Shown here one piece after another: positions 33,293-40,934 of a stretch of 40,934 bases of DNA (positions within the stretch are counted from its first letter, which is position 1; every line of letters begins with the position of its first letter). A model generated the notes under the pieces. It was given only the letters and a program-made list of their open reading frames with translations. It was not told the DNA's origin and did not search any database. The DNA lies in assembly GCA_902797235.1 (NCBI GenBank), contig CADBSB010000044.1, positions 1-40,934 on the forward strand. Direction: 5' to 3'. The DNA comes from an uncultured Ruminococcus sp. (GTDB lineage: Bacteria > Bacillota > Clostridia > Oscillospirales > CAG-272). A program made the position numbers and the translations under genes.

Positions 33293-35089
33293 ATGGAAAA
33301 CACAACAGTCCATTGTCTCGGCAACGGCCGCGTTTGCATATACGGCAAAGGCGCGGATATATTTCAGGCTTTCGGGCCGGATTATTCCGCGCCGGAATGC
33401 TTTACGGCGGCGGTCGACGGCGAATTTATAACGAAGAAAATTTCGCACAGACAGTACGAGCACAGATCGGACAAATGCGTTATAACCGATTATCTGCCGG
33501 AGGATGAAAGCGTTTTTTACCGCGCGGTAAAGGGCGGGGCGATTGTCGAATTTGAAATTAAAAACGCCGTTTTGCAGGACACGCCGTATGAGGACACGTA
33601 TATAGCGATAACGTACGAGGGCGCGCCGGTTTATATCTACGACTTTTTTAAGGACGGCAAACCGAAAGCCTACACGTCGTCAAAAAAGCGTTACGCGGCG
33701 GTAAAGATCCACGGTGACGCGGAGCTGAAGCGGACGTCCGACACGGCTTTTAACGTGACCTGCCGCGACTGCGTCATAGCCGCGGCATTCTCACACACGC
33801 CTGAGGGCGTTTTCGATCTCATATCAAAGCCCGTGCCGGAATTCTCGGTACCGACACGAAAGATTAACGTTGATAAATATTATAACGAGGTCTGCGACGG
33901 CTACGACGCCGTCGTATCACAGCAGTCCTACAACGGCTCAGTGCTCGCGGGCTACAATTATCACCTCTGCTACGTGCGCGACAATTACGGCGTTTTGCGC
34001 TTCCTTTTAGCGTGCGGCGCGTATGAGCGTGCAAAGCTTTTACTGACGTTTTATCTGTCCGTTTTTGAACGGTACGGCAAGCTCCATAACGCGCAGGGTA
34101 TGGCTGAACACGCATTCCACGTACATGAAAACGACAAGGTCGAGATAACGGGCTACATCGTTTTGATGTTCGCGGTTTACTTTGAAAAAACCGGCGATTT
34201 TGAGCTGTTGGAAAAAGCATCGCCGCTTATGGAATACTGTCTTATAAGCCAGCATGAGGCGATGATCGGCAGCGTTCTGCCGTTCAACGGTGATGAAACG
34301 TACGTTGCGGGCGGTTTTCTGCCGCGCAGCGCGTTAAACGACGGCTCGGCGGAGGCGACAGCGCTTTATCATCAGTCGATTTTAAAGGCGCTTGCGTATC
34401 AGAAACACGTAAAAATAAACGATGCTTTGATTCAAAAGCTCAAAGCGGACGCGGCGTTCATCGAAAAGGAATATCCAAACAGTTTTATCAAAGACGGCGT
34501 GTTGTACGCAAACAAGCCGGACATAGGATATAAGCCCGATTTCCGCCACGGCGTCCGCGCGTGCGGACACGGCTTCGGCCTCTGTTTCAGAAATGAAAAC
34601 GACGACTACGTCTGCCCCGACTGCGTAAACAGAAAATTGCCGCGTTTCTACGGCGACGAGTACGGCAAGAGGTACGTTACGGAAGCCGCAGTTCTCTGCC
34701 CCGCGTTCACCGGCACGGCGCTGATACCGAAAGAGATAATAAAGAAAACGGCGGAAAAAGTCAAAGCGGATTTTGACAAGCGTACCGATATTGTAGGCTA
34801 CGAGCCGGGACTTTTGCTCTACGCCGCGGGCTATAACGAAAAGATTATATCCAAAATGCTTTCCATGCGCGATAAGTTCGGCGTCTGGAGCGAATATTTC
34901 CGCGGCGGCAAGCAGGCGGGAACGCTGTACCGCACGTGGGAAACGTCCGTAAACCTCGCGGCGCTGATCGAAAACGGTGATACGAACCCGAATCAAGAAA
35001 GAACTGATACGGCAAAATCACTTTTCGGAATAACCCCCGATACTATAACACTTGAAGAAGCAGGAGAAGAAAGATTGAAAAAGCTGTAA
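33293..35089 (+). CDS. Hypothetical cytoplasmic protein, tentatively GH15-like (alpha/alpha)6-barrel glycoside hydrolase fold
   Basis: 598 aa, no signal peptide. The N-terminal LGNGRVCIYGKGADIFQAFGPDYSAPECF and central CYVRDNYGVLRFLL blocks resemble bacterial glucoamylase-family proteins. Four-Cys insert CGHGFGLC...CPDC. The assignment is by eye only. Confidence 0.55.
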   Translation: MENTTVHCLGNGRVCIYGKGADIFQAFGPDYSAPECFTAAVDGEFITKKISHRQYEHRSDKCVITDYLPEDESVFYRAVKGGAIVEFEIKNAVLQDTPYEDTYIAITYEGAPVYIYDFFKDGKPKAYTSSKKRYAAVKIHGDAELKRTSDTAFNVTCRDCVIAAAFSHTPEGVFDLISKPVPEFSVPTRKINVDKYYNEVCDGYDAVVSQQSYNGSVLAGYNYHLCYVRDNYGVLRFLLACGAYERAKLLLTFYLSVFERYGKLHNAQGMAEHAFHVHENDKVEITGYIVLMFAVYFEKTGDFELLEKASPLMEYCLISQHEAMIGSVLPFNGDETYVAGGFLPRSALNDGSAEATALYHQSILKALAYQKHVKINDALIQKLKADAAFIEKEYPNSFIKDGVLYANKPDIGYKPDFRHGVRACGHGFGLCFRNENDDYVCPDCVNRKLPRFYGDEYGKRYVTEAAVLCPAFTGTALIPKEIIKKTAEKVKADFDKRTDIVGYEPGLLLYAAGYNEKIISKMLSMRDKFGVWSEYFRGGKQAGTLYRTWETSVNLAALIENGDTNPNQERTDTAKSLFGITPDTITLEEAGEERLKKL

Positions 35090-35098
35090 AGAGCATAG

Positions 35099-35192
35099 TC
35101 GATATATTTTGCTTACGCAAAATTCGATATGCTTTGCTTTCGCAAAGCTCGATATGCGCACTGCAAAGCATCGCGCTCGATATGGCTTCGCC
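35099..35192 (+). repeat. Word-hairpin tandem array (word TCGATAT, four units)
   Basis: TCGATAT at 35099, 35124, 35149 and 35177, each followed by a different hairpin. The hairpins are TTTTGC-TTAC-GCAAAA, (G)CTTTGC-TTTC-GCAAAG(C), GCGC..TGC-AAA-GCA..GCGC (with a 2x2 internal loop) and GGC-TTC-GCC. Confidence 0.8.
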
Positions 35193-35216
35193 AAGAATAA
35201 AGACGCCGCGCTTTTG

Positions 35217-35313
35217 AAAATTTCTTCATCAGCGAAGCGTCTTCATTTCTTCATTTCTTCATTAGCGAAGCGTCTTCATTTCTTCATTTCTTCATTAGCG
35301 AAGCGTCTTCATT
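35217..35313 (+). repeat. Perfect 33-nt tandem repeat, about 2.5 copies
   Basis: AGCGAAGCGTCTTCATTTCTTCATTTCTTCATT at 35231..35263 and 35264..35296 (identical), a 17-nt partial copy at 35297..35313, and a partial TTTCTTCAT before it. Nested CTTCATTT sub-repeat and GAAG-CGT-CTTC mini-hairpin. Confidence 0.9.
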
Positions 35314-35320
35314 CTGCACG

Positions 35321-36547
35321 TCAGTGCAGTATATCTCCCTCTCCCACGGGATAGGGGGTTTTTATATAGAATAGCATTTTCGGGTGGGGAGTTGAGATGA
35401 CGCTCTCCTTTTCTTCGTTCAATATCTCCTCTATCCGAAACGGCGCGGTGTCGCCCGACGGGGTGAGGAAACGGACCTTATCACCGCAGACGGTCTTGTT
35501 TTTCTGCCTTATCTCTGCGTATCCGCTCTCTTTGTCGTAGCCCGTGACTATTCCGAAATACGGGCGCTCCGTGATATACCCGGGCTCGTCCACTATTTTG
35601 GCGTCTGACATGGGTTTGTCGAAATAATATCCCGTGTCGTACTTTCTGTGCGTCACGCTTTCAAGCAGTTCCACAAGCAAAGGATCGGTTTCATAGCTTT
35701 CGGGCGATTTTACGTACGCGTCGACCGCCTGCCTGTACGCGAGCGCGGTTGCGGCGGTGTAGTACGTGCTTTTCATCCTGCCCTCTATCTTAAACGACGA
35801 AATGCCCGCCTCACATAACTCGGGTATATGTTCGATCATACACATATCACGCGAGGACATAATAAACGTTCCGTCCTCCGTCTGCTCGATACCGGGCCGG
35901 CGCGTTTCGTCCTTGCTCTCCTCTAATTTAAAGAGCTTGTAATTCCAGCGGCAGGGCTGTGCGCATTCGCCTCTGTTGCCGTCGCGCCCCGTAAAATGGT
36001 TTGACAACAGACACCGCCCGCTGTACGACACGCACATGGCGCCGTGTACGAACGTTTCAAGCTCCAGCTCGGGACTTGTGTTTTTTCTTATCTTTGCGAT
36101 CTCACAAAGCGACAGCTCGCGCGCGAGGACGATGCGCTTCACGCAGAAGAGCCGCATATACGTGTCCGCGGTCTTTGAAGAAACAACGCTCGCCTGAGTT
36201 GATACGTGTATCACAGCGTCGGGGCACAGCTCGTGCAGCGTCTGCATGACGCCGACGTCGGAAACGATATACGCGTCCGGCTTCATTTCATCAAGCTGTG
36301 AAATATACTTTTTAAGCTCTCCGTACTCGTCGTCGCGCGGCATGGTGTTGAGAGTCACGTAGACCTTAACGCCGTTATTGTGCGCGTATTTTATCGCGGA
36401 ATCGAGCTCGTCCGCCGTGAAATTGCCGGCGCCGGCTCTCATTCCATAGCGCTTACCCGCCAGATACACCGCGTCCGCGCCGAAGCGGACGGCGGCGTAC
36501 AGCTTTTCAATATTGCCGGCGGGAGATAATATCTCGGGTTTTATCAT
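35321..36547 (-). CDS. Peptidase U32 family protein
   Basis: 408 aa. N-terminal KPEILSPAGNIEKLYAAVRFGADAVYLAG, and the conserved E..VHGAMC.SYSGRC Cys block of U32 proteins. Confidence 0.85.
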   Translation of the reverse strand: MIKPEILSPAGNIEKLYAAVRFGADAVYLAGKRYGMRAGAGNFTADELDSAIKYAHNNGVKVYVTLNTMPRDDEYGELKKYISQLDEMKPDAYIVSDVGVMQTLHELCPDAVIHVSTQASVVSSKTADTYMRLFCVKRIVLARELSLCEIAKIRKNTSPELELETFVHGAMCVSYSGRCLLSNHFTGRDGNRGECAQPCRWNYKLFKLEESKDETRRPGIEQTEDGTFIMSSRDMCMIEHIPELCEAGISSFKIEGRMKSTYYTAATALAYRQAVDAYVKSPESYETDPLLVELLESVTHRKYDTGYYFDKPMSDAKIVDEPGYITERPYFGIVTGYDKESGYAEIRQKNKTVCGDKVRFLTPSGDTAPFRIEEILNEEKESVISTPHPKMLFYIKTPYPVGEGDILH

Positions 36548-38268
36548 TTGTTTTTGAGCGCCGCCTCGAGCGCGTTGCCGAGCGTTATCCTCGCGGCCGC
36601 CATAGCCTCGGCGTCACTTGTGAAGTTGACAATGTTTTCGGATACGGTCTTGATTATCGCGTCGACCTTGTCTCTTCCCGCCGCGGCTTCAAGCATGGTG
36701 AGCATTTCGTACTCTTCTATGCCGTCGCGTATCATCGTAAGTCTGAACGATCCGCACGCGCCGTCAACGTCCTGCACGGAGCCGGGGTATAACAGCGACC
36801 CGTCGCCGAATACTTTTTCCGACAGCCAAAGCTGGCCCGTTCTGTAATCCTTGCCGACCGTCGCCATATTCGTCCACGGGTTTTCGACCCTCTCCCAGAA
36901 CGTGCACGACCAGTACAAAAATCCCGTCACGTCGTACTGCTTCTGCTGCCAGAACAGAAGCTTGTTATAAAGCCCCGGCATATCGACGTACATATTAAGA
37001 TACGGTAAACCGGGCTCCCAGCAGACGTACCACCATATCTGATCGCCTTCCGCGGCCTCCTGCTTCATTCTTTCTCCGAATTCGGCAAACTGCTTTTTCT
37101 GCTGCGTGTTGTAAAGCAGCTTTCTGCCCTGTGCCTTATCCGTCGATTTTGTGAAGCAGAACGTCTTGGGGCACCAGATGTCTATAAACTCGCTCATGAA
37201 AGCGACCTGGTCTCTTTCCTTGTCGTACTTGACGTCCTGGAAAAACGGCACGACTATCTTTATGCCCGGGCAGAGACGTCTGATGCGCTGGCAGTAGCCC
37301 GCCATCTGATTCAAAGCGTCGATCGAGCCCGGCTCGTCGTACGGGTAGAAGTAGGCTTTGTTGAACCACTCCTCGTTAGTTTTCAGCTTGTTGTACCACG
37401 CGACCATTTTGTTGTCGTCGCCTATGTACGGAAGTCTGAAAAATTTAACTCTCGGATCGCTCATATACGCGTCCGCGCGCTCGTCGAGAACGTCGTACGG
37501 CAGCTCGTACGCGTTTACGTGGTAATCGAGCAGGAAATCATAATACGCTTTATAGTAATCTCCGCTGCTTCTGTCGTGGAAGCGGTAAATGTCGCCCGCA
37601 CCCATACCGGAAACGGCGGCGCCCGTAAGCACCTCGGGCAGTTCAATATCCCAGACGTGCGCGAATAAGCGTACCTGTTTTACGGTCTTTTCGCCCTGTT
37701 TGACGGAAACGACGCCCTCGTAGTCGCCCGCGGGCGTGTCCTTCGTCGTCTTCATCCGGATGAACATAGCCTGAGATTTGCCCGCCTCTATGTCGAACTC
37801 TCTCGTCGTATCGTTCATCGGCGCTATCGGGTCGGGATAATACGTTTTGCCGCAAAGTATGTAGTACTGCCGCAGTATCTCCGTACCTATCTCATATCCG
37901 CTTTTATTCGCAAGCGGCGTGCAGGTGACGGAAAGACCTGTCTTGGCGTCCTCGGACGATATAACTATCTGCGCGTCCTCGACCTCGGCTTTCGTCATAT
38001 AAACGGTATACGATCTCATACCCGTGTCAGCCGGTTTTTCCGGGTCGGTCTTCGTAAACGAATGGTCGTACCATACGAGAAGGCTGTCGTCCTCGTCCGG
38101 GGCTTTGATTATCTCACTCGTCGTTTCTTCCACGGTGGTTACCTCCTCCGTCGTTATTTGCTCCGTTTCCTTTTCGGTATCGGTCGTTTCCACCTGCGTA
38201 CCGACACAGCCGAAAAGTACCGCCGCAAGCGATGCGATAATAAGGAACAATGATATAAGCTTTTTCAA
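36544..38268 (-). CDS. DUF4091-type (GH123-like) lipoprotein
   Basis: Re-called start at TTG 38268, 8 nt after a perfect AAGGAGG, giving (M)KKLISLFLIIASLAAVLFGC (signal peptide + lipobox). The track start 38307 (also TTG) would overlap the upstream gene by 26 nt. C-terminal WWYVCWEPGLPYLN...TGFLYWS pattern as in DUF4091. The stop overlaps the U32 start (ATGA). Confidence 0.7.
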   Translation of the reverse strand: MKKLISLFLIIASLAAVLFGCVGTQVETTDTEKETEQITTEEVTTVEETTSEIIKAPDEDDSLLVWYDHSFTKTDPEKPADTGMRSYTVYMTKAEVEDAQIVISSEDAKTGLSVTCTPLANKSGYEIGTEILRQYYILCGKTYYPDPIAPMNDTTREFDIEAGKSQAMFIRMKTTKDTPAGDYEGVVSVKQGEKTVKQVRLFAHVWDIELPEVLTGAAVSGMGAGDIYRFHDRSSGDYYKAYYDFLLDYHVNAYELPYDVLDERADAYMSDPRVKFFRLPYIGDDNKMVAWYNKLKTNEEWFNKAYFYPYDEPGSIDALNQMAGYCQRIRRLCPGIKIVVPFFQDVKYDKERDQVAFMSEFIDIWCPKTFCFTKSTDKAQGRKLLYNTQQKKQFAEFGERMKQEAAEGDQIWWYVCWEPGLPYLNMYVDMPGLYNKLLFWQQKQYDVTGFLYWSCTFWERVENPWTNMATVGKDYRTGQLWLSEKVFGDGSLLYPGSVQDVDGACGSFRLTMIRDGIEEYEMLTMLEAAAGRDKVDAIIKTVSENIVNFTSDAEAMAAARITLGNALEAALKNK

Positions 38269-38281
38269 TTTACCGTCCTCC

Positions 38282-39514
38282 TTAAAATACAAAATTACCT
38301 TTGTCAAACACGGTTATTTCTTTATCATCATACGTTTTACCCGTAATATCCATATCGGGCGTGCCGAACATGAAATCGACGTGGATCCCGCTGTCATTTG
38401 AGCCGTTTGCCTTTGCTTCATCTTTTGACATCTTCTCGCCGCCTTTTATGGTGCTTGCATAGCTTGAACCGAGCGCTAAATGACACGACGCGTTTTCGTC
38501 AAACAGCGTGTTATAGAAAAGTATCTTCATATTTGAAATGGGACTGTCGTACGGTATCAGCGCTGCCTCGCCCAAACGCTTCGCTCCCTCGTCCGTTTCA
38601 AGCAGACGGGCAAGCGCCTCGCCGCCCTTTTCCGCCGTGTGCGACACGACGGCGCCGTCCTTGAACGTGAGGCTGAAATTCTCTATGAGCGTGCCCTGAT
38701 ACGAAAGCGGCATGGATGAGAACACAACGCCGTTTACGTTATTCATATCCGGCATTGTGAATATCTCCTCCGTCGGCATATTCGGCATATATTTTACCTT
38801 TTTGTTCGTTTTATCGGAGCCGCCCTGCCAGATGTGGTTTTTGACGAGCCCGACGTGCAGATCGGTGCCTGACCCGTTTTTAAAATGCAGTTCTTTGAAA
38901 TTATAGCTGTTTAAGATCTTCGCGCGGCGCTTCAACACTCTGTCGTGTGATCTCCACTTTTTCGCCGCGTCGCCCCTGCCGATCCTTACGGAGTTGAAAA
39001 TCGCTTTGAAAAGCTTGTCCGTCGCCGCCGCGGGCTTATCGTTCGGGAAAACCTTTTTCGCCCATGCCTCGGACGGGTACGCCACGACGCACCACGGGAA
39101 AACGGCTTTGTCCATCAGATCGTAAAACTCCTCGCTCGCCTTGTTCATCGCGCGGCTGAAAGCGAGCATTTTGCCGCCGTCTATGCCCTTGAACGCCTCG
39201 GGGTCGCCGCCGCTTATGTGTATCGACGCACCGCCCTTTCTCGCGTAGAACGTGCGCATCTCACGAAACCATTCCGGTATGTCGGACAGAGTTTCCGCCT
39301 CCGCGTAAGTAAAGCGCGTCCTGTCCGCCTTCTGGTCGTTAAAGTTGATATTTACGTCCTTCGCGCCGGCTTCAAACGCTTCCTTTTGTATCATCCGCGC
39401 AAATTCCGCGGCGTAAACCGGCGACAGTATCGTCACGTACTGGCCCGGCTGAATGTTGACGCCGACCTTAACCACAAGTTTTGCGTATTCTTGAAGTTGT
39501 TTTTCGTATTTCAT
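38282..39514 (-). CDS. Aminopeptidase, M29 (AmpS/PepS) family
   Basis: 410 aa. N-terminal EYAKLVVKVGVNIQPGQ and C-terminal SCHLALG, GSNDSGIHVDFM motifs of thermophilic metalloaminopeptidases. Confidence 0.85.
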   Translation of the reverse strand: MKYEKQLQEYAKLVVKVGVNIQPGQYVTILSPVYAAEFARMIQKEAFEAGAKDVNINFNDQKADRTRFTYAEAETLSDIPEWFREMRTFYARKGGASIHISGGDPEAFKGIDGGKMLAFSRAMNKASEEFYDLMDKAVFPWCVVAYPSEAWAKKVFPNDKPAAATDKLFKAIFNSVRIGRGDAAKKWRSHDRVLKRRAKILNSYNFKELHFKNGSGTDLHVGLVKNHIWQGGSDKTNKKVKYMPNMPTEEIFTMPDMNNVNGVVFSSMPLSYQGTLIENFSLTFKDGAVVSHTAEKGGEALARLLETDEGAKRLGEAALIPYDSPISNMKILFYNTLFDENASCHLALGSSYASTIKGGEKMSKDEAKANGSNDSGIHVDFMFGTPDMDITGKTYDDKEITVFDKGNFVF

Positions 39515-39515
39515 T

Positions 39516-40637
39516 TCATTTATCCTTCGGTTTAAAAAATTGGTAGTAGTTGCATTTTATCATGCCGTTATAGAGCTTTCTCACCTTGTCCGGACGCCGC
39601 CCGAAAAGGCGCGGCAGATCGTCGCACGACGATATGACGTATATCTGCCACGAGCCGAGGTTTGAAAACGCCGCGCCGACCTCTTTATAAAGCGCCTCGA
39701 CGCTCTCTTTATCCATCATACGCTCGCCGTAAGGGGGATTGCACACGATAGTCCCGCGCCGCCCGTACGTCTGCACGTTCCGTGCGTCGTACTCAAAGCT
39801 TTTTATATACTGCAAAACGCCCGCGCGCCGTGCGTTCTCCTCCGTCAGCCTCACGCAATCGGGGTCTATATCCGACGCGTAAGCCTCGAACTTACAGTCG
39901 CGCCTTATTATATCGCGCGCCTGCTCATACGCCCTGTCCCAGTCGGACTTTTCTATCCACGGGTATTCCTGCGATATAAATGTGCGGTTTATACCCGGCG
40001 CGGTATTGCTCATCAAAAGCGCCGCCTCGACAGCGATAGTGCCGGAGCCGCAGAACGGGTCCCAGAAAAGATTGTCCTCTCTTATGTGCGCCAGCTTGCA
40101 CAGCGCCGCCGCGAGCGTCTCGCGCAGGGGCGCGGCGTTCGATTCCGGGCGGTAGCCGCGTTTGTGAAGCGTCACGCCCGACGTGTCGAGCATAACCGCC
40201 GCCTCGTCTTTCAATATGAAAAATTCAATCTGATATTTAACGCCCGTTTCTTCAAAATACGAGATTTTATATTTGTCCTTCATCGCCTCTACCGCGGCTT
40301 TTTTGACAATGCTCTGACAGTCGGGGATGGAAGTGAGCGCGCTTTTTATGCTGTGACCTTTGACGGGGAACGCGTCGGTCTTGCCGATAAAATCGTAAAC
40401 CGGCAGCGCTCTCGTGCCGTCGAACAGCTCGGTAAAGGTGCGCGCGGGAAAGGTGCCGAGAATAATATAAACCCTCTCGGCATAGCGGAGATTTATATTG
40501 AGGCGCGGTATATCCGATATTTCGCCGTCAAATATCACGCGCCCGTCTATCGTTTTGTCGCGTTTGAGACCGAGCGCGTCTATCTCCTCCCCGAGCAGCT
40601 TTTCAAGCCCGAAAAGGCACGTTGCGGCAAATTTCAT
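39516..40637 (-). CDS. THUMP-domain class I SAM-dependent RNA methyltransferase
   Basis: 373 aa. THUMP-like N-terminus, SAM motif I DPFCGSGTI, motif IV NPPYGERM. Confidence 0.85.
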   Translation of the reverse strand: MKFAATCLFGLEKLLGEEIDALGLKRDKTIDGRVIFDGEISDIPRLNINLRYAERVYIILGTFPARTFTELFDGTRALPVYDFIGKTDAFPVKGHSIKSALTSIPDCQSIVKKAAVEAMKDKYKISYFEETGVKYQIEFFILKDEAAVMLDTSGVTLHKRGYRPESNAAPLRETLAAALCKLAHIREDNLFWDPFCGSGTIAVEAALLMSNTAPGINRTFISQEYPWIEKSDWDRAYEQARDIIRRDCKFEAYASDIDPDCVRLTEENARRAGVLQYIKSFEYDARNVQTYGRRGTIVCNPPYGERMMDKESVEALYKEVGAAFSNLGSWQIYVISSCDDLPRLFGRRPDKVRKLYNGMIKCNYYQFFKPKDK

Positions 40638-40934
40638 TTAGTCGACCGGGTACGCGATAGTCGTCATAAGCGCCATTTCGACCGCCGAGGTGTCAAGGCG
40701 GCTGTACTGAACGACGATAGGCTCGCTCGATTCAACGAGTATCGCGTAAGGCGTGTCGCGCGGTATAAGCTCACCCTTGTCCGACACCTGCTTGTCAAGT
40801 CTGATATGATGCGTCTTCATCGCGCCGCAGACGGCGGAATAACCGGTCTTCACCGGTCTGTCCTCGTAAAAAAGCGTCAAATCAATGTGCGCGTCGCGCT
40901 CCGTCGTGTTGATAACGCATATCGCCTCGTGCGA
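40638..40934 (-). CDS. Sensory-rhodopsin-transducer (ASRT) family protein, 5' end outside the window
   Basis: The frame stays open to the window edge: SHEAICVINTTERDAHIDLTLFYEDRPV... upstream of the track's Met. The C-terminal EPIVVQYSRLDTSAVEMALMTTIAY closely resembles the ASRT block VPIVVQHTRLDSRQAENALLSTIAY. Confidence 0.65.
   Translation of the reverse strand, partial: SHEAICVINTTERDAHIDLTLFYEDRPVKTGYSAVCGAMKTHHIRLDKQVSDKGELIPRDTPYAILVESSEPIVVQYSRLDTSAVEMALMTTIAYPVD

Noticed and set aside
35314-35329. Hairpin CTGCAC-GTCA-GTGCAG as a bidirectional terminator
   Set aside because: No T-tract follows it on either strand and it overlaps the U32 stop codon. I left it uncalled as a terminator.
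35109-35354. 81-aa ORF reading through the 33-nt tandem repeat
   Set aside because: Its repetitive SSLAKRLHFFISS sequence is simply the translated repeat. It has no RBS and overlaps the 3' end of the convergent U32 gene.

Overview
This 40.9-kb window reads as core chromosome of a Clostridia-class Firmicute. Supporting signs are a SCIFF peptide system, Rex, DnaD/DnaI-type helicase-loading genes, AGGAGG-type RBSs, TTGACA/TATAAT promoters and gut-type carbohydrate-active enzymes. I can support about 40 protein genes, nearly all housekeeping. They include base-excision repair genes (nfo, a hypoxanthine-DNA glycosylase, nth) and a heterodimeric ABC exporter. Operon-like blocks are: IDH-family gene/rex/dnaD-like/dnaI-like; galU/dCMP deaminase/rimI/tsaD; HD hydrolase/small membrane protein/GDPD surface protein; scfA-scfB plus a PLP decarboxylase; MBL hydrolase/RluA-type pseudouridine synthase/lnt; rimO/pgsA/PPTase/hisS/aspS; and U32 peptidase/DUF4091 lipoprotein/M29 aminopeptidase/THUMP methyltransferase. 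I saw no rRNA, tRNA, CRISPR array, transposase, integrase or phage structural gene. The ORF track reports the longest ATG/GTG/TTG frame, so I re-called seven starts from RBS and stop/start-overlap evidence. I also added two genes the track misses: the 48-aa SCIFF precursor and an edge-truncated GH43 gene. What the gene map does not explain is intergenic. (1) Two copies of a GC-rich, hairpin-dense, G-quadruplex-capable element, one of which splits scfA from its maturase. (2) Three 'word-hairpin' tandem arrays, in which a constant AT-rich word alternates with GC hairpins whose stems differ by compensatory changes; two of them lie between consensus promoters and the first gene of an operon. (3) CTKAATT heptad tracts. 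(4) A dense cluster of TCCACA (DnaA-box-like) motifs upstream of the operon carrying the replication-initiation genes. The word-hairpin arrays and the GC-rich element family are my best candidates for something undescribed. All functional readings of them are inference.
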